Virus record (IMG/VR): IMGVR_UViG_3300011989_000011
Location: 1 to 64,000 of that record
DNA: 64,000 bases
Source of the DNA: a virus
Taxonomy: Duplodnaviria > Caudoviricetes
Strand: one strand, 5' to 3'
Part shown: positions 9,142 through 18,570 of the stretch, piece after piece
How the letters are laid out: each line of letters starts with the position of its first letter
How positions within the stretch are numbered: the first letter of the stretch is position 1
The notes under the pieces: model-generated
Database searches by the model: none
What the model was told of the DNA's origin: nothing
The model's input: only the letters and a program-made list of their open reading frames with translations
Program-made: the position numbers and the translations under genes

Positions 9142-10152
9142 ATGGATAAATCTAAAGGCTATATCAAGCTATGGCGGTCTATTCAGCAGAATGACTTATA
9201 CGCCAATACGACATTTAGTGAGGGGCAGGCATGGATCGACTTGTTATTGTCAGCATCTCACAAACGCTCCACGTTCAAAGTAAACAGAATTTGGGTCACT
9301 ATTCAGCCCGGTCAGATAGGGTTAGGAATACGAACTTTGTCGGATAGGTGGAAGTGGGGTATCAATAGGGTGCAGACTTTTCTCCATGTTTTGGAAGACC
9401 AAGGTATGATAAAATTGGGTAAATGGAATGCGAAAACCAAAAAGGTGGATTTTGGTATAGATACGGATACACCAAAAACTAATGTTTGCAACATCATAAG
9501 TATCTGTAATTGGGCGGATTATCAAGATTGTGATACACCATCGGATACACCATCGGATACACCATCGGATACACCATCGGATACACCATCGGATACACCA
9601 TCGGATACATATCAAGAATGTAAAAGAAATAATAATAATATATCTTCTTCACTACGTTCAGAAGATTTGTCCTCTAACGAGGACGATTATTCTGAGGTCG
9701 TGTCGAAAAATCAAAAAGAGAAGATAGATTGCAAAAAGTTTGTGGAGTTTTGGAATAAGACGATGGAAGGTACAAGAGTACCCAAAATACAAATCCTCGC
9801 AGACCAACGAAAGGAAACGCTAAAGGCCCGTATGTCAACCTATGGCAAAAAAGCTATCTTTGCAGTGGTCGAGAAAGTTGCTTCTTCTGATTTCCTATCG
9901 GGAAGAAAGACAGACTTCAAGGCAAGTTTCAACTGGGTGTTCGGTCCCAAGAATTTCCCAAAGGTGTTAGACGGTAATTACGACAACGATAAAAACTCAT
10001 TCAGCAATGGAAACAATACAAGCAATAGTGCAGAAGTGGCACGAGCAAAACGAGACAAAGAAGCAGCAGACCTCGTTGCAAGTCTCCTCGCAGAAGACGA
10101 TGCTGCCAGAAGAAATAAACAGGACGATACAAACCTTTTTGGTGGAGTATAA
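9142..10152 (+). CDS. Replication initiator (lambda O / DnaD-like)
   Basis: GYIKLWRSI..AWIDLLLSA..GQ..LSDRWKW N-domain; C-terminal FLSG..FKASFNWVFGPKNFPKVLDGNY. ATG at 9142 is preferred over TTG at 9136. Confidence 0.8.
   Translation: MDKSKGYIKLWRSIQQNDLYANTTFSEGQAWIDLLLSASHKRSTFKVNRIWVTIQPGQIGLGIRTLSDRWKWGINRVQTFLHVLEDQGMIKLGKWNAKTKKVDFGIDTDTPKTNVCNIISICNWADYQDCDTPSDTPSDTPSDTPSDTPSDTPSDTYQECKRNNNNISSSLRSEDLSSNEDDYSEVVSKNQKEKIDCKKFVEFWNKTMEGTRVPKIQILADQRKETLKARMSTYGKKAIFAVVEKVASSDFLSGRKTDFKASFNWVFGPKNFPKVLDGNYDNDKNSFSNGNNTSNSAEVARAKRDKEAADLVASLLAEDDAARRNKQDDTNLFGGV
9532..9609 (+). repeat. Tandem 12-bp repeat GATACACCATCG x6.5 (encodes DTPS), candidate origin iterons
   Basis: Six exact copies plus GATACA inside the initiator gene. 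Confidence 0.85.
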
Positions 10153-10804
10153 CCCAGACGTGCAAGGGGAGATCTGTACAAACTCAGATTTGTGCTTCTT
10201 CGGAGATTTCCCCACCCTCGCTAAACTGAAACGTATGGGAGATAGAACACCAATAGCATGGCTTATTCCTCAGTTGAAAAATCTCAGCGAGTTCTGTGGT
10301 TGCAAGGATAAGTTATCGGGTCAGCAACTCAAAGAGTGTGCGCAACTGATAACGGCAAACTTCTACTACATGAAGGTTTCGGAACTGATGCTATTCTTCT
10401 TCCGTTTCAAGTCGGGAAAGTATGGGAGATTCTACGGGAGCATAGACCCTCTCATCATCATGCAAGCCTTACGAGATTTCGCCAAGGAAAGGAACTACGC
10501 CTACGATCAGCACGATAACGAGATTGAAGCGCAGGAGCGAGAGGAAAGCCGACAGAGACACGCTGCATACCTTGCCGATTGCAAGCGCAAAGGAATTGAG
10601 CCTTTCGGTGGACGGCTGAAAAACATAGGCATCATCAAAAAGGAAAAGCCAAAGTACACGAAAGAGCAAATCAAGGAATATGCGGTACTACTCGCTGAGA
10701 ATACTCGCAACTATTCTGAATCAACGCTTAAAGCAATGCGAGATTGGTTTGCCAAACAGTTTCACTTCACTCCACAAGGGTGGTTAGATAAAAACGCAGT
10801 ATGA
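10007..10804 (+). CDS. Replication-associated protein (helicase-loader position; DUF6633-like)
   Basis: YYMKVSELMLFFFRFKSGKYGRFYGSIDP motif; follows the initiator. Confidence 0.6.
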   Translation: METIQAIVQKWHEQNETKKQQTSLQVSSQKTMLPEEINRTIQTFLVEYNPDVQGEICTNSDLCFFGDFPTLAKLKRMGDRTPIAWLIPQLKNLSEFCGCKDKLSGQQLKECAQLITANFYYMKVSELMLFFFRFKSGKYGRFYGSIDPLIIMQALRDFAKERNYAYDQHDNEIEAQEREESRQRHAAYLADCKRKGIEPFGGRLKNIGIIKKEKPKYTKEQIKEYAVLLAENTRNYSESTLKAMRDWFAKQFHFTPQGWLDKNAV

Positions 10805-11004
10805 ATCAGAGACGATATAACATGATACTCGAAATCATAGACAAGAACGAGTATCTGAAAACAAGAGAAGAAAAGCAACGCGCTTTTGTCGGTATTGCCG
10901 GAGCCTTTCAGTGGGCTGACAAGGTAGACCGAGAAGCAAGGGAACTGAGACGCAGATATGCTAACGGGAGTGCGCTGACAAAGTTAAATCATTACCGATA
11001 CTGA
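10801..11004 (+). CDS. Hypothetical protein
   Basis: Overlapping start/stop with both neighbours. Confidence 0.6.
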   Translation: MNQRRYNMILEIIDKNEYLKTREEKQRAFVGIAGAFQWADKVDREARELRRRYANGSALTKLNHYRY

Positions 11005-11788
11005 TGGTGTATATCAATCATATTTACAACGAGGATTGCATGAAGACGATGCAAAAGCTACCCGAGGACAGCGTGGATGTCGTACTGACCTCCCCACCCT
11101 ACAACACCGCAAAAACTGCAAAGGGTGATAGAGCGTTACAGAATAGGGAAAACAGGTACGATGTCTTCGTGGATAAGAAAACCCCTTACGAGTATGCTCA
11201 ATGGACGGTTGATGTCTTCAATGGGTTGGATAAGGTTTTGAAGAAAGACGGAGTTGTCTTGTATAACATTTCCTACGGAGCGGATAGCCCTAACTCGATG
11301 TGGATGGCTTTGATGTCGGTCCTCAGAGAAACGAGGTTTATGATTGCTGACTCTATCGTATGGAAAAAGAGATCAGCACTCCCGATCAACACGAGCCCTA
11401 ACAAGCTGACGAGGATATGCGAAAACATCTTCGTATTGGTTCGCAAAAACGAATACTCCACCTACCATACAGAGAAGAAGCTATTAGGCGTAAATGCACA
11501 TGGGCAGAAAAATTACGAGAGTGTTCCTAACTTCATCGAAGCCCCAAACAACGATGGAGCAAACGATTTGAATAAAGCTACATTCTCATCAGTCCTTTGC
11601 GAGCAACTGCTGAATCTCTATTCCCCAGTGGGGGGGTAGTATATGATCCGTTCATGGGTACGGGAACAACGGCAGTAGCAGCCAAACGGATAGGTATGAA
11701 GTTCATAGGCTCGGAACTATCCAAGGAACAATGCGAATACGCTACGAGAAGATTAAGGAATACGTTAACACAGAAAATTTTGTTTTGA
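11004..11788 (+). pseudogene. Beta-class N4/N6 DNA methyltransferase frameshifted at a G7 tract (candidate phase-variable gene, OFF state)
   Basis: SPPYN motif IV in 11004-11639; DPFMGTGTT motif I in another frame; one extra G at 11630-11636 restores YSPVGGVVYDPFMG. Confidence 0.88.
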
Positions 11789-11789
11789 T

Positions 11790-12032
11790 ATGAAAAAGAC
11801 TATTTGTTTGTTCACTCGAAAGTTCGGAGGTGACGTGGTTAAGAGCGCCTACACTGACTTTCAGAAAGCATTGGATGAGTTCAACAACGCTTACCATTCC
11901 AATCAGAAGTGTGGTTTTAGCTGCATAGCGCAGACCACCATAGATGAGGATGGCAACTATACCAAGGTAGCCAAATGTCAGAAAGGCGATGAAATCATTC
12001 GGTTGAGATTGGAATCTGTCCCGCTCGATTAG
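11790..12032 (+). CDS. Hypothetical protein
   Basis: 80-aa ORF directly after the methyltransferase. Confidence 0.6.
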   Translation: MKKTICLFTRKFGGDVVKSAYTDFQKALDEFNNAYHSNQKCGFSCIAQTTIDEDGNYTKVAKCQKGDEIIRLRLESVPLD

Positions 12033-12056
12033 CTCTAAATGTTAGTTACTGTTAGC

Positions 12057-12180
12057 AAAAAGTTAGCCAAAGTTAAATATCTGTGTATCAGCAAATTAAA
12101 TGCTATTTTGTTTGGTACTTTCGAAAAAAATGACTACCTTTGCAATGTAATTAAGAAACAAATAAAACATTAGAGCAATG
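12057..12180 (+). promoter_or_regulatory. Repeated promoter-leader cassette 1
   Basis: aaagttagccaaagttaaa..atcagcaaattaa..tttg..aaaaaatgactacctttgcaaTGTAATTAAGAAAC..agagcaATG. Confidence 0.85.
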
Positions 12181-12402
12181 AAAGACTTCAAGTACAGTTT
12201 GACTACAACGTTCAGTGACGGATACAAGTTCAATTTGAACTACAGAACCAAGAGAGAGGTTGAATCCGCTTTCAGACGCCGTTACACGAGAGACAACAAG
12301 CAGTATGGTGCTATCTTGAAGAACATGGGTTGGTACCAGTTCAGAGAGTACACTGAGTTCGGTCACATTGATTGCGATGTCTTCATTTCTCGTAATTGGT
12401 AA
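12178..12402 (+). CDS. Hypothetical protein
   Basis: First gene after cassette 1. Confidence 0.65.
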   Translation: MKDFKYSLTTTFSDGYKFNLNYRTKREVESAFRRRYTRDNKQYGAILKNMGWYQFREYTEFGHIDCDVFISRNW

Positions 12403-12550
12403 AATAAGCCCTACAACGAGCCAAAAGGGTCAAACCCTTACAACTATCCACCAAAGATGTTTTAAGCGAAATTTGACCCGTTCCTTGGCTCCTACGGGTA
12501 ATCTAAGAGACTAATAGTAAACTTAAGTTTCATATTAAACACTAAGAGCA

Positions 12551-13534
12551 ATGGTTATTCCAAATTTCGGCCAACAGCCAACAGTAGAGTTGCAGCCCCA
12601 AAGAGAGGTAGCAACGGTAACGGAGATTAAGAACGAGAAGCAGTTCTTGGACTTCGAGTCAGAGAAGGTACAATCCATCACTCTCGATCAGTTGGAGCGT
12701 ACCAACAAAGAGAATCGTGGAGACGATAGAAGTTGTCCGCACGGCATCTACCACTACGCCATGATAGAGCGTATCCTTGATATGTGCTCCAAGTCAGGAT
12801 ACAACGCAGAGGTCTATGATCTGTTTGCCACCAACAACCGAGACAAGCAGACCCCCGGTGTCTCGCTCTATCCCGAGTTGGAAGCTCAGTACGGAGAGCG
12901 AGCTATTGAGGCCCACACGCTGAGACGTGTCTATTGCAACATCCGTCTGACTAACTTCGATGATGAGAGCCTTACCACAAACATGGCAATTTCCTACACG
13001 CAGAAGGGAATCCAAGTAGGGTTCGGAAGCATGGTGAAGGTGTGCCACAATCAGAACATGTTAGGTCATGGTATGTTTGTTTCCGATTACTCCACCCATA
13101 ACAAGTATGCCGGAGGAGACCCCTACAAGACAGACCTTAAAGGTATCTTCGAGACGGTAGGACGATGGCTTACGGATGCGGACCATGTTGTTATCAACGA
13201 CAGAGAGACGATTGAGAAGATGAAGCAGTCAGTCTTCACCGCTCAGCAGTTGTTCATGATACTCGGAATACTGCACGCTACGAGAGTTCAGTGCGACACT
13301 CAGATTAAGGAGATACGCCCTAAAGGTATCAGCGTCTACCCCTTGAATCAGATGCAACTGAATAAGTTCACTGAGAGTCTTCTGAAGACTCAGCACGACA
13401 CCGACAAGGTGACAGTGTGGGATTTCTACAACGCTGCCACTGAGCTATACAAGGCTAAGACGTGCGAGCAGAACATGATTCTCGTGCAGAATTTGGCAAT
13501 GGTTGATTTCATCAATCAGTATCAGTTGTACTAA
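12551..13534 (+). CDS. DUF932-like protein
   Basis: ITLDQLERT..GIYHY..GIQVGFG..VKVCHNQ..TVWDFYNAATE pattern; family call from memory. Confidence 0.55.
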   Translation: MVIPNFGQQPTVELQPQREVATVTEIKNEKQFLDFESEKVQSITLDQLERTNKENRGDDRSCPHGIYHYAMIERILDMCSKSGYNAEVYDLFATNNRDKQTPGVSLYPELEAQYGERAIEAHTLRRVYCNIRLTNFDDESLTTNMAISYTQKGIQVGFGSMVKVCHNQNMLGHGMFVSDYSTHNKYAGGDPYKTDLKGIFETVGRWLTDADHVVINDRETIEKMKQSVFTAQQLFMILGILHATRVQCDTQIKEIRPKGISVYPLNQMQLNKFTESLLKTQHDTDKVTVWDFYNAATELYKAKTCEQNMILVQNLAMVDFINQYQLY

Positions 13535-13583
13535 AGTCTAACGGAGGTGTGGTAGAAATTCCACCCTCCATAATTCGAAAGCT

Positions 13584-13886
13584 ATGAAAGTCTATAGTAA
13601 GACAGAAGAAAAGTGGTTGGATGTGCAACCTGTCGTTGATGTCAACACCAACAAGGTGATTGGCTTCAAGAAGGAAGGAGGTAACGAGATTCTTTCTCCC
13701 GATCTGTTCTATGTCAAAGAGCCGATTGATTGGGACCACGTATTAGTCGAGTGCTCGATTGCGATTCTGAAAACTCACTTGCTTCGACAAGGTGTTGATT
13801 TGGGTAATATGCCATACTACTCTGACAAAGTAGTGGAGGCTGCAAAGATATTTGTCAATGAACTTAAAGACAAGATAAGCGAATGA
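13584..13886 (+). CDS. Hypothetical protein
   Basis: 100-aa ORF overlapping the next start. Confidence 0.6.
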   Translation: MKVYSKTEEKWLDVQPVVDVNTNKVIGFKKEGGNEILSPDLFYVKEPIDWDHVLVECSIAILKTHLLRQGVDLGNMPYYSDKVVEAAKIFVNELKDKISE

Positions 13887-14452
13887 AGATTTTTTTGTAC
13901 GATTTAGAGACCACTGGCCTCGATCCGTTAAATTGTGCCACACATCAGTTGTCGGGCAAAATCATCATCAATGGCAAGGTGATGGAGGAGTTTGATTTCC
14001 ACATTCAGCCTTTCAATGGTGCTGAGATTTCACAAGAGGCCCTTGACGTGAGTGGGGTGACACGTGAGCAGCTTGCCTCCTACCCTACCGAGGAAGAAGT
14101 GTTCCCCAAGGTATTGGCAATGTGTAGCAAGTACGTTAACCGCTATGATAGAACCGATAAGTTCTATCAGTTAGGTTTCAACGTTCAGCATTTCGACAAT
14201 CAGTTCTTTCGGGAAATGTGGAGCCGGAACGGGCAGCGTTTCTTCGGAAGTTACTTCTTCAGTAATTGTCTCGATGCCATGTTGCTTGCTACCCCTAAGT
14301 TGTTAACGCAACGTCCTAACATGCCTAACTTCAAGCAGAGTACGGTAGCTGAGTATTTGGGTGTAAAGATAGACGAGTCAAAACTTCACAATGCCAATTA
14401 TGACATTGAGTTGACGCAAGCTATCTATGATAAGGTTTGTGGAATATACTAA
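13883..14452 (+). CDS. DEDDh 3'-5' exonuclease (DnaQ-like)
   Basis: YDLETTG, GFNVQHFD, HNANYDI. Confidence 0.9.
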   Translation: MKIFLYDLETTGLDPLNCATHQLSGKIIINGKVMEEFDFHIQPFNGAEISQEALDVSGVTREQLASYPTEEEVFPKVLAMCSKYVNRYDRTDKFYQLGFNVQHFDNQFFREMWSRNGQRFFGSYFFSNCLDAMLLATPKLLTQRPNMPNFKQSTVAEYLGVKIDESKLHNANYDIELTQAIYDKVCGIY

Positions 14453-14457
14453 GGGTT

Positions 14458-14844
14458 ATGGAGGATAGAGAAAAAGTCGTTTACGCCAAGTGCGCTGATT
14501 ACCTTGACGATATAGCAAGGGTTGCCAAACGGATATACTTCGACAACTTCAAGCAGGCGAGCGAAATGCTTTTAGGTACGATAGAGACGGTAAAGCAATA
14601 CCTTGCAACCGAAAGGATCAGCCAAGAGGATGTTGAAAGCGAGAAGTATTCAGATGCTGAAAACATCTTCAACGAGATAGGTGAGAGCGTCAGAACAATA
14701 TCCTCCTACCCCAACAAAAGCAGAAGTTTAATACGCCAATTCGGAATCAAGCTGAATGGATATGCGAGAGAGAAAGCTACGGTAATGCGTGACGAAAAAC
14801 TCGTTGACACTAAGGATGAAGACGATTGGTTTAGAATGTTCTGA
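14458..14844 (+). CDS. Hypothetical protein
   Basis: ATG at 14458 is in frame with ORF 14437..14844. Confidence 0.6.
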   Translation: MEDREKVVYAKCADYLDDIARVAKRIYFDNFKQASEMLLGTIETVKQYLATERISQEDVESEKYSDAENIFNEIGESVRTISSYPNKSRSLIRQFGIKLNGYAREKATVMRDEKLVDTKDEDDWFRMF

Positions 14845-14863
14845 ATAAGTAAAAATCATAACT

Positions 14864-15205
14864 ATGACAAGAAAATTTAGCGGAAACGTATGGACGCTTG
14901 ATAATGACAACGGCACCCATACAACGATAGTTCACTCTATCAATGATAAGTGTTGGTGCGATATCGCTCTCAACTACAGAGGTCGCACGGACGAAACCCA
15001 TCGCATTTGGTGGGATGATGCAGAATGGTGGGATGATGAGACTATGAAGAAGTTCAGAGCATCTACACAGAAAGAAGTATCAGAGTTGATAAACGAGCTA
15101 ATGAATAGTTCAGAGAAGATCAGCAATCTTACTGTTATAAAGTTGCCTAAGAATTTCTTCATTGCTATTGAATTGATTGATGATGAAAAACAATTAGACT
15201 TCTGA
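14864..15205 (+). CDS. Hypothetical protein
   Basis: 113-aa ORF in a co-oriented array. Confidence 0.6.
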   Translation: MTRKFSGNVWTLDNDNGTHTTIVHSINDKCWCDIALNYRGRTDETHRIWWDDAEWWDDETMKKFRASTQKEVSELINELMNSSEKISNLTVIKLPKNFFIAIELIDDEKQLDF

Positions 15206-15308
15206 GCTATGACAGTATTAGAGTTTTTGAACTATCACTACACAAGTTTGTATGTTCTTGCATTGTGCCTCTGTGTGGCTATTGCGAGTATAGGAAAGGA
15301 ATAGAGCT

Positions 15309-15677
15309 ATGATAGATATATTATTAGCAGTTGCGATAGTTTGCTTCGTTCTGTGCATCAACATCATGGCAGACAGAAAGGCAGACAAAATGATGAAAGA
15401 AGAAAGAGATAATTGGTCGCTTCTTTTCAGTAAGTTAGACAATCTCAGCCGGAGTTTGGATAAGGTTGCCTATGCACAAGGAGGTGAGTACCTTGTAGTA
15501 AGACAATGGTATGACACTGGTCACTGCACTTCAACGTTGGTTAGTGCTCATTCAAGAGAGGACGCTATTAACAAGGTTAATCATCCTCACGATCAGCCTA
15601 AAGCCGTATGGGAGTATAACGACAAGAATAGTTCCCTTGTCAATGTTGTTAAGATTTCAAATGAGTACGGATTATGA
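15309..15677 (+). CDS. Hypothetical protein with N-terminal membrane anchor
   Basis: MIDILLAVAIVCFVLCI. Confidence 0.6.
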   Translation: MIDILLAVAIVCFVLCINIMADRKADKMMKEERDNWSLLFSKLDNLSRSLDKVAYAQGGEYLVVRQWYDTGHCTSTLVSAHSREDAINKVNHPHDQPKAVWEYNDKNSSLVNVVKISNEYGL

Positions 15678-15877
15678 ACTATAGAAAACTGAGAAAAGCG
15701 TATTGCAGACGTTTCGGTCACTACGCATCCTATTCCCTATACGACAAGGGAGGTAGGAAGATGATTAAGGCATCCAAGCGAGCCACTGCGGTAATGTTGA
15801 AGATGTCTCTCCATAATAACAAAAGCAGTATGCGACTAATCGCAGAAGAAATCGAGATGCATGAAAACGAAGCATAA
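15674..15877 (+). CDS. Hypothetical protein
   Basis: ATGA overlap with the upstream gene. Confidence 0.55.
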   Translation: MNYRKLRKAYCRRFGHYASYSLYDKGGRKMIKASKRATAVMLKMSLHNNKSSMRLIAEEIEMHENEA

Positions 15878-16283
15878 TCCCCTGCACCTCGTTCTGAAAG
15901 GAAAGTGGTATGACATGATCGCCAACGGCTCCAAGAAAGAGGAGTACAGAGAGATAAAACCCTACTGGGTACGAAGACTGACTGCAATGAGAGCTTTGCG
16001 TTCTGCATATGATTATCAGTTAAAGGTCAAAGTGATAGATACTAAGAATGTAGAAATTATTCAGACCGAACAGTTCTACCACGAAGAAGCCCACGTGTTG
16101 GATAATTACTACGATACGGTAGTTTTCCAACGTGGATACACTGCCAAGAAGATGGCTTTCAAGATTGAGAACATCATCATAGGCAAAGGCGACCCCAAGT
16201 TAGGTGCTCCTAATGGAGATTGTTTCATCATCAAGTTAGGAGAAGAAGTAAAAATGAGAACAGTTAAAATTTTAACATTATGA
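15861..16283 (+). CDS. ASCH-domain protein
   Basis: LHLVLKGKWYDMIANGSKKEEYREIKPYW. Confidence 0.85.
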   Translation: MKTKHNPLHLVLKGKWYDMIANGSKKEEYREIKPYWVRRLTAMRALRSAYDYQLKVKVIDTKNVEIIQTEQFYHEEAHVLDNYYDTVVFQRGYTAKKMAFKIENIIIGKGDPKLGAPNGDCFIIKLGEEVKMRTVKILTL

Positions 16284-16471
16284 CAAAGAAAGAGTTAGAA
16301 GGTATCCTCTCTCAGATTGATGAGGATGCAAACATCGAGTTCGTGAACGAGGATAGCTACATCAGCCCCACATTGGAGTTTCAGAACGCCAAGGTAGAGA
16401 CAACCATTGCTTCCGATGGTAGTAAGGCTACAAGTATCAAGCTGAACTTCAAAGGCGTTAAGAATGACTGA
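16280..16471 (+). CDS. Hypothetical protein
   Basis: ATGA overlap with the upstream gene. Confidence 0.6.
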   Translation: MTKKELEGILSQIDEDANIEFVNEDSYISPTLEFQNAKVETTIASDGSKATSIKLNFKGVKND

Positions 16472-16591
16472 GGTCGGCTTCTACAACGGATTCGAGAAGT
16501 GGGTAAAAAAAGGAGGGCTTAACTCATGTGCCACGCAGTCAAGCCCTCCACGCTTACAGAGCGTGGCTTAACATGAATTACGCAGAGTGAC

Positions 16592-16765
16592 ATGAAACCA
16601 AGAGAATTTTTCTGCCTCGTTAGGAATATGCGAGATAAGCAGAAGGAATACTTTCGGACACGGGACCACAATGTGTTGGTTCAATCCAAGGCACTTGAAA
16701 AGAAAGTTGATGATGAAATCATCAGAGCCGAGGAGATAATGAGGCAGAGAGGAGAAACAATATGA
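16592..16765 (+). CDS. Small hypothetical phage protein (57 aa, not in the ORF track)
   Basis: MKPREFFCLVRNMRDKQKEYFRTR..SKALEKKVDDEI. Confidence 0.65.
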   Translation: MKPREFFCLVRNMRDKQKEYFRTRDHNVLVQSKALEKKVDDEIIRAEEIMRQRGETI

Positions 16766-16850
16766 TGCATTTCGTAGTTGGATTCTTCGTAGGTTTAATC
16801 TTTGGAGTATTGGTATTATCCCTTTGCTCCATGAGCAAAAAGTGTGACAA

Positions 16851-17123
16851 ATGACAAAAGCAGAAATTATTGAGACCGTAATGAAAGGTACGGGCCTTCA
16901 GAAACACGAGGTGGTTGTAGCTTTCGATGCTATTGTTGACACCATGAAGACTGCAATGAGCAGAGGCGAGAACATCTATCTGAGAGGATTCGGGACGTTC
17001 AACATCACTATGGCAGCAGCCAAGAAAGCACGTATCATCAACGAGAATAAGTTTGTAGTCGTTCCGGCTCATAAGGTTGTGAAGTTCAAACCCTCGCCGG
17101 AGTTAAACGAATTGGTGAAATGA
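16851..17123 (+). CDS. HU/IHF-family DNA-binding protein
   Basis: MTKAEII..GENIYLRGFGTF..AAKKARII..VPAHKVVKFKPS. Confidence 0.92.
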   Translation: MTKAEIIETVMKGTGLQKHEVVVAFDAIVDTMKTAMSRGENIYLRGFGTFNITMAAAKKARIINENKFVVVPAHKVVKFKPSPELNELVK

Positions 17124-17596
17124 CAGACGAGCAGAGACGTTTCATTGAAGAAAACTATCCATATATGTCGGGTCGGGAAGTAGGCGAAAAGGTTGGCATG
17201 GATCGTAATTGGATTAACACCTATGCGAGAAAGCACGGCCTTAAGCATACTCCCGATACCATAAAGCGCATTAAGGAGGGAAGATTACACAATCTCACTC
17301 ATAGCAGGACGAAAGAGACCTACAAGAAGATTAGTGGTGCTTTCAAGAAGACATATAAGATGGAAGTGTTTAGAGTGTTGTCCGGCTACAAGCAGAAGAC
17401 CAAACTAAAGGTATGCGTTCTGCCTAAGAAGACAAGGCGGAGGATAACGATGCTTTGCCACTCCTACAACTACTTCAAGTCAGACGATTTGAATAGCTCG
17501 ACCGTTTATTACGATAGCGAGACGAAACGGAACGCCAAAGCAGAAGAATATGCTAAAGAGAAGTATGGTATAAAATTCGAGGAAGCAAATGGATAG
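17120..17596 (+). CDS. Hypothetical protein, possible HTH
   Basis: FIEENYPYMSGREVGEKVGM..ARKHGL. Confidence 0.6.
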   Translation: MTDEQRRFIEENYPYMSGREVGEKVGMDRNWINTYARKHGLKHTPDTIKRIKEGRLHNLTHSRTKETYKKISGAFKKTYKMEVFRVLSGYKQKTKLKVCVLPKKTRRRITMLCHSYNYFKSDDLNSSTVYYDSETKRNAKAEEYAKEKYGIKFEEANG

Positions 17597-18152
17597 TAAA
17601 GGAAAGTTGACCGTTAAAGACATCCCCAACGACATGATGGAAGCAATGCGTCGGCAGTTTGATGCCGCGCCACAAGTAAGGCAGTTGCGCACCCAACAAC
17701 AACTGCTAATGAGGAAAGGTAGTTATCAAGGAGCTCTTGAATTAGGCAAGAGGATTGATGAGCTTTACAATGCTTTCGTAGCTGAGTATATACGGCAGGC
17801 CAACGATGATGCCGAGAATGTAGATATTAGGGACATTGGGCTTACAGATGCTCAGCTTGCTACAGTCGATACAATCACGCTTGCGCTATTCATGTGCAGC
17901 GACATCATAGATTCCTGCATCCTTGACATCAACGATGTACTGGCTACCAAAGACAGCACATTGAGGTATGAGGCTTTTGATGAGATTAAAGACTTGTCGA
18001 GGATGGTGAAAGGCAAGCTGTCCATCCTTCGGGGAATGACTTCTTTTATGGAAGGAAACGTTTGGTCGGATATTGTTGACAACATGTACAAGATGATGTT
18101 CAACAAGGCAAAAGCCATCATCAGCAAGAAAGGTGAGAAACTTATAGATTAA
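17589..18152 (+). CDS. Hypothetical protein
   Basis: 187-aa ORF overlapping the upstream stop. Confidence 0.65.
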   Translation: MDSKGKLTVKDIPNDMMEAMRRQFDAAPQVRQLRTQQQLLMRKGSYQGALELGKRIDELYNAFVAEYIRQANDDAENVDIRDIGLTDAQLATVDTITLALFMCSDIIDSCILDINDVLATKDSTLRYEAFDEIKDLSRMVKGKLSILRGMTSFMEGNVWSDIVDNMYKMMFNKAKAIISKKGEKLID

Positions 18153-18165
18153 ATAAACAATAGTC

Positions 18166-18510
18166 ATGGAGAAGAAAATGAAAGAAGTTAGTTTGAACGA
18201 TTATCAGAAGATGGCAATGGAGACTGCCATCTATCCGCTGCCAATCATCTATCCGGCACTTGGATTGGCAGGAGAGGCTGGCGAAGTAGCTGACAAAGTG
18301 AAGAAAGTTATTCGTGATAAGAACAGCGACTTCACGAATGTAGGTACAAAGCATGCCATCGCAGAAGAGATTGGTGATGTGTTGTGGTATTGCGCCACCC
18401 TGTCCCATGACCTCGGCTACTCTCTTGAAGAGATAGGTCAGATGAACCATGAGAAGCTGTTATCACGTCAGAAGCGTAACAAACTTCATGGCAGTGGTGA
18501 CAACCGTTAA
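18166..18510 (+). CDS. MazG-like nucleotide pyrophosphohydrolase
   Basis: LGLAGEAGEVADKVKK..EEIGDVLWY..N..KL..RQKR. Confidence 0.9.
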   Translation: MEKKMKEVSLNDYQKMAMETAIYPLPIIYPALGLAGEAGEVADKVKKVIRDKNSDFTNVGTKHAIAEEIGDVLWYCATLSHDLGYSLEEIGQMNHEKLLSRQKRNKLHGSGDNR

Positions 18511-18570
18511 GTCAGCATTCTTTACCACGTCTATAATAGGGCTACATGGCATCCTTGCAGCCCTATTTAG

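Noticed and set aside
9532-9609. CRISPR array
   Set aside because: The repeats are contiguous 12-mers with no spacers, lie inside a CDS, and no cas genes are present
16464-16571. 35-aa ORF and CCACGCT/AGCGTGG hairpin as a gene remnant or regulatory element
   Set aside because: No recognisable motif; too short to support a call
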